Positions 14,000 to 26,772 of a stretch of DNA of 64,000 nucleotides are shown in pieces; the stretch's first letter is position 1; each line of letters opens with the position of its first letter. This stretch comes from Eledone cirrhosa. Its lineage: Eukaryota. The DNA is taken from positions 284,766,001-284,830,000 of the forward strand of contig OZ024741.1 of assembly GCA_964016885.1 (NCBI GenBank). Direction: 5' to 3'. The notes beneath the pieces are model-generated. The model was not told the origin of the DNA, did not search any database, and saw nothing but the letters and a program-made list of their open reading frames with translations. The position numbers and the translations under genes are program-made.

Positions 14000-14744
14000 C
14001 CGAATTGGTGTGGTAGAGACAGGTACACATGTTGTTTAAGTGTGTTTTACTCCGTCAATACTCCGATATTTCCAGCTCCTGGTTGCGTTATTATTTCTCT
14101 GAGGAAATAGAATGATATGAATTTGAACAAACGAATTTCGGCGTCATAGGACACTCTCTCATCCCATTGGTCAGTTGTGAGAACATTCCTCAGTCAAAGG
14201 TCTATAGAAATTTTTCTAAGGCAAGACAATCTGTTGTGTTGGTAGTGGTAGTGGTGTTAAGGGGTCAGCTGGCAGGTCAGCTTTGGTTTGCTGCTACTAT
14301 GTTCAGAAGAATTTGTATGTGTGAGGGTTGGCATCTATCCTTCCACCATTTCACGTGTGTGTGCGTGTGTGTGGGCGGCGTAAAAAAAAAAAAAGGCGTG
14401 TATGTTATAACCAATATCAAAATTTGAAAGATTTGGAAAGTATTAATTAGAGTAGAAAACCTGTGTATCAGAATCGAGAAGTGTAAAGAATTACAATTTT
14501 AAGAGCAAATGAGACAAAAGTGGAGTTCAAAATACCAAAACCTGAGTGCCAAAATCCGGAATTGCAAAGGGCTACAGTTCCTATTTCGGCATAAAGTACA
14601 TATGCGTGTATGTCAACGCACATTGTTGCAAGCATACACGCACATACACAGGCTCAGGTGCATCCCATGTGTATATATATACAGACACATAAATACAACA
14701 CACACACACATAAATACACACACATATATATATATATATATATA

Positions 14745-15069
14745 TTAGAATTGGAGCTCTGAAATAGCAATATATATATATGGATGTATATATAATGTAT
14801 TTTGCAATACACTTTATGCTTAATTAAAAGCATTTTGAAGACCGTAAGCTATTGTTTTAAAGTAGTGACAATTTCACTCACTTTGATCTCAGCAAACAGG
14901 GGAGATAAGCCGACAAGACTTGTTTCGCTTTGGTTGAAGCTTATCAAGGCCAACTACCCCACCTGTTTGCTGAGATCATTTGATGTTATATTCTTATAGA
15001 AATCTAGTAAATAATCAGGAGCTGATTATGCAGAGCGGTTGTTGGTCAGGCAGAAATTAAAAATTAGAA
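14745..15069 (-). mobile_element. Solitary monomer of the 320-bp HHR (retrozyme-like) family; HHR at 14908-14951
   Basis: Colinear with the 17970-18828 units; minus strand ggcc TTGATAA gctt caacca aagc GAAA caagtcttg TC ggct, enclosed by TCAGCAAACAGG/CCTGTTTGCTGA. Confidence 0.85.
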
Positions 15070-15269
15070 TATATATACATATATACACACACACACATAC
15101 ATACAAGTATCTATGTATGTATAATATTAAACAACAGCATCTATGTATGGACATATGTATAAGTATGTGTTGCCATAGGAGTGGATGATCGAAGCAGGAG
15201 TAGGGGTGGTGAGTGTGTAGGGAGTGGTTTACCTTGTGCTCGGTGTGGCGGGGCTACTGTCCCTATAGA

Positions 15270-16480
15270 TTGAGGTTGTTATTGTCCATATAGCTTGAGG
15301 AAGGTCCCGGCCCTTAAGTGTCTACATGTACCGAAGAAGTCAGTCCTGCGGTTTATTAGGCTGCTTCCACCGCTGAGTATCTCGAAGGTCTCGCTCAGAC
15401 ATAGTTTGCAGATGCCAGATTCCCCTCTATCAGGTGGTACTTTCCTGATTTTGGACCAAGCCAGAGAGTGCGGGGTCCTGTCCAGCTTGAGCTTCCAGAT
15501 CAATTCGGAAAGAGACGTACTTTTCCTTTTGTCCTCCCTATTAAAGGAATGGCGATGGTTATACCATCGGTCTTTGAAGCTCGTTGATGTGGCTCCTATA
15601 TAAAGGTGTTCAGAGTTTGGGGTTTTTACGCTACATCCGTATATTAAGTTCTTCCTTAGGCATTCATTACTAAGGGGCATAAAGCAGTTGCAGGAGGTGG
15701 TCGACCCCCGAGTGCCTAATGTGGGGTTCCCGTTGCGTCTTATAGGACACGGTGGGGGTCCCTGGGTCTGTTTGGGTTCCCAAGGTGGGTACTGGGTCCA
15801 CCCTTCCTTCCCTCTACATGACTCTGCTGGGTGCTAATATTGCCAGCTTCTGGTTGTGTGTAGTTTTTAAGTCTACCCCTATTGATCCTAGGTATATACT
15901 GGGCTACATTTCGCGTGGTAGAATACGAGAGCTTCACAGTGTGGTATCTATGGTCCCTCAGGATGCATTTATCTAGTGCTCTAAAGAATGATCGGGATAG
16001 GCTGTTCTCTAGGGCCAATGAGTAAGGTGGGTTGTACCACGTGATTTTTCTGCGACTATTCCTATGTGGGTGGGTCGAGCGTGCTGTGGGCCGTTGGAGA
16101 GTTGATGGGTTGCTAGTGGTTCCCGCATTGTTGCTTTCTCTTTGGGCGTTATGTGTTTTGCTAACTTCCCAGCTCGTACCTGTGGGGTGATTGTTGCCCA
16201 CGCTGGGAGTTCTGCAATGGGATAAACCTCCATCCGTCCCGCTTCGTGTCTTGCGGTTGGGGGCGTCGGACCCGGCGTGGTTAGTATCAACCCTGGGACC
16301 GCTACTCGTACTGGGTTTCCTCCCATAGCTAGGCGCACGCGTCCCTTTCGCTAATGTGGTGGTGTCGGGTTTATGGTGTTTAGTGGTTTCCACTCTGCAT
16401 GTACTGCTAGCCCCCCCCCCCCCCGCTCGGCTCACGAATACCGTGAGTCGGGGGGTCCAATGTGCTATCACTATCATGGC
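15270..16480 (-). mobile_element. Penelope-like element 3' fragment (third lineage), GIY-YIG endonuclease
   Basis: RRKITWYNPPYS...TVKLSYS (15740..16477) and CLRKNLIYGC...LYIGATSTSFKDRWYNHRHSF...TSLSELIWKLK...CKLCLSE...CRH (15279..15680); same motif set as 57500-59317. Confidence 0.85.
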
Positions 16481-16568
16481 GCCTCGGATTATAAGATATA
16501 TATTTGACTTAATTATTTTACATTACTCCGGAGTAAACACCAACCTGTGTACTTCGGCGAGTGCTCCA

Positions 16569-16604
<36 letters not shown>

Positions 16605-16678
16605 CTGGTGGTAGCTAAGAAGCTTCCATAGGCGGTATGCCGTTTGAGCACTCTATGTTCTTACAGAGCAGAGTGTGA

Positions 16679-17019
16679 TATAATATAAAACGAAAAATCA
16701 GTGATGCATCTGAACTCAATTTATTGTGTGTTACAATTGTTTCGCCGGCAGACAGCTCGAGACACGATCATTGTGTGGATCTGTTTGATTCTGGATCTGC
16801 AGGTTCGTCGGACACTTCTAATAACTTCGGATCAAATTTTCTCACTGGGGTGTTAGCGTAAAAAAACATCCTCTTCGCTCGTCCTGCTATTGGCTGTTGT
16901 TTTTCTACGTCGTCATGAATTTTGACCAACAGGTACTGTGAAACTGACCATCAGCTGTCCTTTTTCCTGCCACACTTCAATGAATCACTGCTGGGTTTGG
17001 TAGTTCACACGTCCAGGCG
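16679..17019 (-). repeat. Left arm of a 340-bp inverted repeat; HHR-like motif at 16728-16815
   Basis: Reverse complement of 18928-19269, about 8 differences by manual count. Confidence 0.9.
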
Positions 17020-17203
17020 CTCACTCACACACACATATATATATACACACACACACTCTCACACACACAGACGCACACAATCATATAAATAACAACATCC
17101 GTACGCATATACTCCCCCTATACATACGCACCCAAAGAGAACCCATAAAACTATAGATATATGCGTCCACATACGCCTGCCTACATGTCCATGTACATCA
17201 ACT

Positions 17204-17234
<31 letters not shown>

Positions 17235-17589
17235 ACGCACACAGGTGCGCACACATGCATACGCGTATATCTACTCGTATACACAAACACGTACAGACAT
17301 ATACATAGACACGCACACGCACATGTGTCCATATATACAGGCACAAAAACAGACTCGCTCGCAAACACACATATATATGTATATATATATATATAAATAT
17401 ATATATATATATGTATATGTGTATGTGTATGGATGTATGTTTCTGGTTATATTGTTTATATATGTGCATGTTTACTACAAGATACATCCTTTAATGTATG
17501 ACGTTATATGTATATTTTAGTATATTGTAGGTTTTTTTTTATATATGTGTATGTATGTGTGTGTATGTACATATGTGTGTGTGTGTGTG

Positions 17590-17628
<39 letters not shown>

Positions 17629-17704
17629 AGGGTAAACATTGATGAAATTCAATTCAAGCGCTCAACGTACTTTTTCCACATAGGAGTGACGGAGTAAATA
17701 TCGA

Positions 17705-17955
17705 ATAAGGAAAAGCGAAGTAGTTTCAGATGTGACATCATCAGACAGCTTGTTACATAATAAGGTTATGTTTCCGAGGCAATTGGATTGCCTCGGAAAC
17801 ATAACCTTATTATGTAACAAGCTGTCTGATGATGTCACGACACTTGCACCACTCGCACACAGAACAGTGTGGCCAGTGTCGTCATTGAAATATATATCAC
17901 AGCATTATTATTAAAGGACTTGAACATCTGAAACTACTTCGCCTTTCCTTATTCG
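17705..17955 (+). mobile_element. Fold-back mini-element with a perfect ~52-bp-arm palindrome and an HHR at 17821-17903
   Basis: ~17732-17838 is a palindrome centred on GGCAAT-TGG-ATTGCC; outer arms 17705-17733/17924-17955; gctgt CTGATGA [acgacact...agtgtcgt long stem II] GAAA tatata TC acagc. Confidence 0.85.
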
Positions 17956-17969
17956 CTATATATATATAT

Positions 17970-18828
17970 ATATATATGAATGTATATATAGTGTATTTTG
18001 CAATACACTGTATGCTTAATTAAAATCACTTCGAAGACCTTACGCTATTGTTTTAGAGTAGTCACAGTCTCACCTACTTTAAATTTTCAGCAAACAGGGG
18101 AGATAAAGCTGACAGAGCTCTGTTTCGTACTTTTTGGTACTTATCAAAGCTAAGTACTCCACCTGTTTGCTGAAAACCATGAATGTTTGATTCTTATAGA
18201 ATTCTAGTAATAATCAGGAACTGATTATACAGAGCAGTTACCGGTCAAGCAGTAATTGAAAATTAGAATTGGTGCTCTGAAATAGCGATATATATATGAA
18301 TGTATATATAGTGTATTTTGCAATACGCTGTATGCTTAATTAAAAGCATTTTGAAGACCTTACGCTATTGTTTTAGAGTAGTGACAGTCTCACTTACTTT
18401 AAATTTTCAGCAAACAGAGGAGATAAAGCTGACAGAGCTCTGTTTCGTACTTTTTGGTACTTATCAAAGCTAAGTACTCCACCTGTTTGCTGAAAACCAT
18501 GAATGTTTGATTCTTATAGAATTCTAGTAATAATCAGGAACTGATTATACAGAGCAGTTACCGGTCAAGCAGAAATTGAAAATTAGAATTGGTGCTCTGA
18601 AATAGCGATATATATATGAATGTATATATAGTGTATTTTGCAATACACTGTATGCTTAATTAAAAGCATTTCGAAGTCCTTACGCTATTGTTTTAGAGTA
18701 GTGACAGTCTCACTTACTTTAAATTTTCACCAAACAGGGGAGATAAAGCTGACAGAGCTCTGTTTCGTACTTTTTGGTACTTATCAAAGCTAAGTACTCC
18801 ACCTGTTTGCTGAAAATCATGAATGTTT
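17970..18828 (-). mobile_element. Tandem array of 320-bp units (~2.7 copies), one variant hammerhead per unit: non-LTR retrozyme-like
   Basis: Exact 320 period (CAAACAG at 18091, 18411, 18731); HHRs at 18107-18151, 18427-18471, 18747-18791: agct TTGATAA gtac caaaaa gtac GAAA cagagctctg TC agct. Confidence 0.9.
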
Positions 18829-18927
18829 GTGTGTGTGTGTGTGTGTGTACGTGCACTCATTGTAGGGTAAGGGCTTGTTTTTGTGTATATATATATATGT
18901 ATATATATATATATACATATATACATA

Positions 18928-19269
18928 CGCCTGGACGTGTGAATTACCAAACCCAGCAGGGATTCATTAAAGTGTGAGAGGAAAAAGGACAGCTGATGGT
19001 CAGTTTCACAGTACCTGTTGGTCAAAATTCATGATGACGTAGAAAAACAACAGCCAATAGCAGGACGAGCGAAGAGGATGTTTTTTTACGCTAACACCCC
19101 AGTGAGAAAATTTGATCCGAAGTTATTAGAAGTGTCCGACGAACCTGCAGATCCAGAATCAAACAGATCCACACAATGATCGTGTCTTGAGCTGTCTGCC
19201 GGCGAAACAATTGTAACACACAATAAATTGAGTTCAGATGCATCACTGATTTTTCGTTTTATATTATAT
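18928..19269 (+). repeat. Right arm of the 340-bp inverted repeat; HHR-like motif at 19132-19219
   Basis: gtgt CCGACGA acctgcaga[~43 nt]tctgccggc GAAA caattg TA acac. Confidence 0.85.
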
Positions 19270-19325
19270 ATATATATATATATTTATATGTATGTATATG
19301 TATGTATATATATATGTTATGTATG

Positions 19326-19385
<60 letters not shown>

Positions 19386-19602
19386 TATATATATATTTCG
19401 TTTCTGAATTTGTTTAGCAAGATTCTTTATCTGAAATCGTGTGTTGAAACCGATATTGTTATACTTTGGGAGGGTCATGTTGCCAATAAGAAACACACGC
19501 ACCAGTTGCTTTCACTTCAATTTATTATATATTCATAAATTTACAAATTTATAAATTTCTGGTTGGTTGGTTGGTTCCACAACCAGATAGTTGTTTATAT
19601 AT

Positions 19603-19647
19603 AGTCATAGTTCTTTCGTCACACACTCTGTGACCTCTTCAGTGACT
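19603..19647 (-). ncRNA. Minimal type I hammerhead ribozyme in the left pLTR
   Basis: Reverse complement of 20808-20852. Confidence 0.85.
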
Positions 19648-20807
19648 GGGGATCCCTTTCTTTGTTTCTGTGCCTCTCCTTTGTTCTGTCCTACGCCATT
19701 TCGTTTCTGTGTGTGTGTTGTGTGCTCAGTCTGCGCATGCGCCACATCCGGGTGTCTGTGTGTGTTTATGTTCATTTATCTATTTGTTTATTTACATGTT
19801 ACTGGTTGGTTGTTTGTTCTATGTGTGTGTGTGTTTTCATTTTGTCCTTAATTGTAAGTTGTGATGTTTCTGTTCCACTCATATTTTCTATTTAATTTTG
19901 GTTGTAATTCTTTTATGTTTATTGCCTCTGTAATTTGTCTAAACATTGCGTCTTTTCTGTGTGTAGATTCTATTTTTATTTGTATGTTCTCTAATTTACC
20001 CTTGTGTTCTATCTTAGCATGTTGGTAGAGTACAGATGATTCTTTATTATCTTGAAGGTCTCGCCAGTGTTCATTTATCCGTTCCCCTACGCTACGAGCT
20101 GTCTCACCTATGTACACTATATTTTTGTCTCTACATTGTCCTTCAGTACATCTTATGCTATACACTACATTTCTAGTTTTACAGTTAATATGGGGGCTTA
20201 TTTTACAGGTTACACATTTCTTATCTATACATGAGGGTCTTTGAAAAGGGTATGTCTTGCTAATAAGTGTTTTTACGGAGGTACCTGGTCTTTCTACTAT
20301 CTTAATTTTGAGTTTATGTTTATTTAGGGCCCTTCTTTAATTTGTAAGCTAGTTCACCTCTAGGGGTTGTATCGATGAACATTACACTCTGGTATTTATT
20401 GCTATCATACCATGAGTTTATTCTATTAGCCTTGTTCCTAGTTCTTTCTATTCTATTCCAAAATGTGCTCCTATACAAGGGGCAGGTCCCACACACAGAA
20501 AAGACGCAATGTTTAGACAAATTACAGAGGCAATAAACATAAAAGAATTACAACCAAAATTAAATAGAAAATATGAGTGGAACAGCAACATCACAACTTA
20601 CAATTAAGGACAAAATGAAAACACACACACACATAGAACAAACAACCAACCAGTAACATGTAAATAAACAAATAGATAAATGAACATAAACACACACAGA
20701 CACCCGGATGTGGCGCATGCGCAGACTGAGCACACAACACACACACAGAAACGAAATGGCGTAGGACAGAACAAAGGAGAGGCACAGAAACAAAGAAAGG
20801 AATCCCC

Positions 20808-20852
20808 AGTCACTGAAGAGGTCACAGAGTGTGTGACGAAAGAACTATGACT
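20808..20852 (+). ncRNA. Minimal type I hammerhead ribozyme in the right (inverted) pLTR
   Basis: agtca CTGAAGA g gtcaca gagtg tgtgac GAAA gaac TA tgact; stems I and II perfect, stem III minimal. Confidence 0.85.
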
Positions 20853-20996
20853 ATATATAAACAACTATCTGGTTGTGGAACCAACCAACCAACCAGAAAT
20901 TTATAAATTTGTAAATTTATAAATATATAATAAATTGAAGTGAAAGCAACTGGTGCGTGTGTTTCTTATTGGCAACATGACCCTCCCAAAGTATAG

Positions 20997-21060
<64 letters not shown>

Positions 21061-21467
21061 CAAACACACAATATGGCTGACTAAGAACAAGAGACGTTTT
21101 CTCGTCTTTCTACTCACTCCCCGTTTTATTTTACTTCTCGCTCCCAAATATATCGTCTCTCTATCTTCTATCCCCCGAGGAAGAACTACCGTCAGAAATA
21201 CTAACATCTTTTCCCAATATAAAAAGTGTTAAATAAATATCTCACCATTGTACACAATTGTTCTCCTGTTTCGGTTTTCCATGTTGAATCCCCCTCTCAC
21301 TCTCTCACCCCGTTTCTCTCTCTCACTCAATATATGTATGAGATAGAGATAAAGAAATAGAAACAAGGACAAATAGACAGATAATGGACAAGATAATTAT
21401 CCAATTAGCGGGATTTCATTTAGCACAGACGAATAAACAACTGATCGCTTATCCATCCATCTATATA

Positions 21468-21509
<42 letters not shown>

Positions 21510-21573
21510 TCTCTCTTTCTCTCTCTCTCTTTATATATATATATATGTATGTGTGAGTGTGTATGTATGTATG

Positions 21574-21618
<45 letters not shown>

Positions 21619-22234
21619 GCACAATCTCACTTCACATTATGCCGTATCTTAGATAATATCAATATCAATGTAGTAATCATCTTTAATATTTTCTCGAACA
21701 TAGATATATACTTCAAACTGATCAAAGTAACCAAGACACAACAATACGCATTGATAATAGCATTACGTAGGCGTTTGTGACGGTAAACATAGCTCGGTTG
21801 GAATTTCATGTATTCTGGATGTTCTGGCCTACGGAACCAACTCGCTCTGAACCACGGCTTAAAGGCTTAACACAATCAACTGTTCTTACAGTCGGTGCTA
21901 CGATTAATGCCAAGTAGACCCCCTAGTAGGTTTTGAAGACATAGGGCTTGTGTTACTATATCATGAACGATCACAGTTTTATACAAATTTCTACAATTGA
22001 ATTTAAAATGTAATAATTTACTACAATAAATGCATGACTAAACCTCATTGCCCTACGGCAGCATTATAGTGATATTTAAAATGATGGAGAGTGTTGTATA
22101 GTATTATGACCTGTGACATTTGGCATGTGAATGTGGTTTGTGTAGTAATCCTTTTAATTTTGTTAAAGCAAGATGTGTCACATCGAGGCTCGTTATTTTC
22201 ACAAACTATAAATTGACATTATTGGCAGGATTTG

Positions 22235-22365
22235 AACTTTGCGGTCTGAGTTCAAATCCTGCCGAGGTTAACTTTGCCTTTCATCCTTACGGTGTCGATA
22301 AAATAAAGTACCAGTAATGCACTGGGATAATTGCTAGCCTTGTGCTAAAAAGTAGAAACAATTAT
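22235..22365 (+). mobile_element. tRNA-derived SINE copy
   Basis: GAGTTCAAATCC...GCCTTTCATCCTTACGGTGTCGATAAAATAAAGTACCAG...GTAGAAACAATTATT. Confidence 0.85.
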
Positions 22366-24429
22366 TTTAGTTGAGATAATGGGACGCATAACTCGGAGAA
22401 GTGTCACACATTGTACGGCTAGTCAGGCACCCGCTTTGCCTGTCGCTCATTACTAACATTTTGTTGCTCGGTACTTTTTTATCGACCACGAAAAGATGAA
22501 AGGAAAGCAAACCACGAGCGCCATTTAACTACGTTATTTTCGCTACCTTCTCTCACCCACGTTTCATAAAACTTACTGTAGAGCAATAAACCCTCTCTAG
22601 CTTCATATTTATCCTCAAGTGTTATTTGAAGAAGTAAACGAGGCATTATCATGAGAGAAACAATTCTCTCCTTTCAGTTTCGACCGCCATACCACCTCCT
22701 CCGCCGTTACCACTACAAACAGAAGGGCTGCATACTGGAAAAAAAATGCAGTGTCTCCATCTTCATAATATACTTGGCAGACAAACAAATCGTCCCTGCA
22801 AATGATATCAGCTGTTCAATATAAACCCACATCTCAACAATAGTGCAAGACGGTTCGGTCATCCTGCACGTATCTCGGACAAAATCGGTTGCTAGTGGAT
22901 CCGGAACGTCAGTAATTGTAGAGTTTTGCCCCCAACAGACAAATCTCTCTGTAGCAATGACTGACATGGAGTTTTGGGAGCTATCCATATAACTCGACCT
23001 GAAAGTCGATCGGAATAGGCTATTCAGACAGTTTTTATCGACACCCAAAATCCCAACCAGTGCCCATAGATCCCAGGCTAGCATCATCCCAAAGATGCCA
23101 TCCCTCCAAGGCACCCCCCCCATGCCATCATCGCTCCCATGCTACCATCGTCCCAGGCCACCATCACGTCCAGGCTACCATCGCTGCCAGGCCGTCATCA
23201 CCTCTTCCACGAGCTCTCATCAAATGTTTCCATTTATGTCATCATCGGTCTGGAAACAATTTGCTAGAGTAAGCAGAGAAATCTTCCTCAAATCACCCAC
23301 TTCTGTCGTAAACAATGTAGAACACTTAGAATGATATAATCATAGATATACTATGTTTGAAAATAAAGAAATCTGGTGATGGTTAGAATGCTATTAATGA
23401 CCATAGGCCTGTTGATTCAGAGCTGATATGGGGGTGAAACAACAACTGCTTGAAAATCTCTCTCCACCACATTTTCCCCATAATGCATCATCTATGTGAA
23501 CATCAACTGCTTTGCTAAATCCAGCCTGCTATCCTTCCCACGATCAACTAATTAGTAAGAAGGGGCTAATTAAAAGCAACTAATACGAACGAAACATCGA
23601 GTTTGGTATTTAAAAATACAAATTTAATATAAAATCTTATTCAATATAACAAATGTGATCAGCTTAAAAAATAAATACTACAACCTGTAATTTCAATAAA
23701 ATTAGAAGAAACAAGCCCACGGACAAAATACAAGTCTCTTGAGAAGGATAATTACAAAATAAAATTAGTTTATATGTAGTATATATCTATAAAACGTGAA
23801 ATGTAAATGAATCCTTTCAGGCAGAAGATATAATAGCTGTATTCAATATATGTTTCAAGATATAATGAAATGAAAGAAATGAAGCTTAAAGAAACTCGAA
23901 AGAAATGTTATAGCTGCAAATTATGGTGAGACGTAAAAAAACGGTGAAGGAGTGTTTCAAAGAAATAAAAAGTGCTGGAGAGAGAACTAAATAGAAATAG
24001 AATACAAAGAGTAAGCCAAGCCTCCTTTTTTCAAGTTTTCCAAAAGAAAGTATTATTGCCTTCAGATAAAAGAGAGAAAGAGAGTATAAGCGGCATGCAG
24101 ATAACTATATTGACATGAAAATGGTTTAATGAATGAGATTAGAATATTGAAAGTTTGTTAGTCTCGAGAAAGATGTTAGAAATACTGAAAGATGTGAGAT
24201 ATACATCATTCATGGTCGTACTGGGTGTTGTAAAACTGGGTAAAATAAAGATCAATAAATATATAATTAGATGCTGAAGATTCTTTTTCTTTTTCTTTTT
24301 CTTTTTCTTCTTCTTTTTCTTCTTCTATAAGAAGGTAACGGGCCGTAAATATATGTCGCAAAGCTTATTGCCTGATGCTCTACCACTTACTGTTAATCCT
24401 TCTAGATTCCTAAATGATGGTTTCTGATT

Positions 24430-24600
24430 TATTCACAAGGCCAACTATTTTGGAGGAGATAAAATCAATTAAATCGACCCCCATTGCGTTACTGGTACTT
24501 TATGTTATTGATTCTGCAATTATGAAAGGCAAAGCTAATCTCGGCGTTATTTGAACTCAGAACGTAACAGAACGTAACTAAATGCCGACGCAATCCACCG
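24430..24600 (-). mobile_element. Degraded SINE copy
   Basis: Reverse complement of the B-box (TTTGAACTCAGAAC), core (CTGGTACTTTAT...GAAAGGCAAAG) and tail (CACAAGGCCA). Confidence 0.65.
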
Positions 24601-26772
24601 CCCTCCACACTCCTATATAATGGAAATCAGTGTTATCATGTTTATAGCATTCATAATTATGGGGGAAATTTCTTCTCTCTATTTTCATTGTCATTTTCTT
24701 TTTACTTTTCAAAATTCGTATCCTATTGAGTGTTATTGTTTTCTCTTTGAGTCTTAATTTCCTATAGAATTACTTCTTTACTTGATATTTGAAAAGCATT
24801 CATAAAAATAAAAGATAATTCCTATACGTTACCAGTGTTGTGGGAGCCTAAGTTATTCTATAGAAAGCAATTGTTTTCGTGAAGTATAAAATAATTGCAT
24901 CTTATTCTGACCGTACGTGTGATACGTTGGAATTTTTATTGAATGCCTAGACAGTCTAAAAATTATCTAGCATTCTTTTTGGCAGATTATAACATCAGGG
25001 GTTGGACAATTTATGAATGAATTGAAATCTTTGAAACCTAAACTAATTAAAAATATACTAGAAAACACACGGATGGGAAATTAACATCAATCTCAACTAG
25101 GATAAATAAAGGTATTCTGATGACGATTGCATCCCTTTAGTCTTAATTTAGTCTCCATTCTTTCTCTATGCCCTTTTCACCCTCTCATCTCTCTATATAA
25201 ACATCAATTTACCTTCACTACACTCTCTTCTTTCATACCTTTTATATTGTGTCGAATTTATTTATTCATTCTATAAGCTTCAAAGTAGTTTACATGAGTA
25301 CATTTTATTGCCACACTCTTACTTTGAACATTTTCAATTACATTATTTATTTTTCTTAACACAGAAACAATTTTACCTTGATTATTTGTTTTCAACGTGC
25401 ATTTGCCCAATTTCTCACCATAATTCTTTTCTTTTCTTTTTTGCTTTGTTTTGTTTTTATACAGTTGGATTACAGCCGTTATCTTCTTGATAGCTGTACA
25501 GATGAGCCATGTAGCTAATTTTAGTTTTGTTTATTGATCAGGATATGTCAATAAAGGTTTCTTGCACTGTGATCTTGCTGTTTCAACACGTTTGTTATTC
25601 CTAACCTATAGAAATCGTCCTGTATATCCCTGATAGTGGATGAAATAGTCATCTCCATGTCCGTTGTTATGACACTCAACGATGGAAATTCAAACAGTGA
25701 CTCCAAGATCAGCTATTTATTTTCGCTTTTATTGTTTGGTAGGATCGTTAAAGATTTGGATTGAAAGCCTCGCTTCCACGCCTTTGGATTCTGAATTCAA
25801 ACTCCACTGACAGCTACTTTTCCGTTCATTCATTTTGAGTCGTTAAATAACATATTTATTTAGAGGCATTGGATTGGCAGAATTATTAAAATGTTGAACC
25901 AGCTACTGCATGCTAACTGTTCCAGTTTTGTGCGTTCTGAATTCAAATGCCACTTTCTGTCACTGAGGTTGCGACCGGTAGATAGCATCAGCAATAGAAA
26001 GACAAAACGAAACATACGTACTTTCCATGATCGGAACTGACGACCGGTTCCTTTCTTTCCTTGACATCATACCGATTATTGAGTACAGTCTGAATCCTTC
26101 GCACCTTGTTTAAATCAAATGCGGTAGTCGTGTTTAAATGATTTTATTATACAGAATGCTGGCAATATGTATATTTCTGAGAATAGGCGTAAAAACAGAT
26201 AGAAAGAACTAAATAGAATAGGAAAGAACTGAATGATACCTGGGGAACGAGTTCCTATACAGGATGCGTCTTGCTGAATTATTAAAATTTCAGTTTCAAT
26301 GCTGACTACTTAAAAATCATTCTAGGTTTTTAAACTTTAAAAAAATGTTTGTGTTTATTATCTACAAATATATAATGCTCTTGTGTTTTTGTACGTCATG
26401 CAAAGATATGTAACTCATCTACTACTCACTACTACTTTGAGGGCAAACTCCGCCAGTTGCAGACTGCGCATTAACATGAGATTTTTTCACTACAAAGTTT
26501 GATCACCAACAGCAGAGTTTAAAGAGCAAAGATCAAGTCCACTCCATATGTTGACATTATCAAGCCATCATTTTGGCTGCCGGCCTCTGTTTCTCTTACC
26601 AGCCAATTTTCCTTCCAGGCATAACCTACTCACATCACGAGTTCATCTTTTTCTTTAAACTTTGCTGTTGGCGATCAAACTTATGTTGATTCGCAGTCTG
26701 CACCTGTCGGAGTTTAGCGAGTGTGTATGTAATAATTATTTTTAACTATCGTTTTTAGAATGGCTGCACTTT

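Larger units (their letters stand above)
19460..20995 (-). mobile_element. 5'-truncated PLE with inverted pseudo-LTRs (505-bp arms 19460-19964 and 20491-20995)
   Basis: Arms are near-perfect reverse complements; interior encodes GIY-YIG VYSIRCTEGQC...YIGETARSVGERINEH (19848..20165), related to the 3398-6682 element and sharing its terminus ATGACCCTCCCAA(A)GTATA. Confidence 0.92.

Noticed and set aside
17970-18828. CRISPR-like or plain satellite reading of the tandem arrays (also 54646-56038)
   Set aside because: No unique spacers or cas genes, and the context is eukaryotic; dispersed relatives of the 320-bp unit and one HHR per unit fit a retrozyme better.
22713-23334. GC-richer segment with ORFs, a possible host exon
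   Set aside because: No recognisable protein motif or convincing splice context; probably a decayed LINE fragment.
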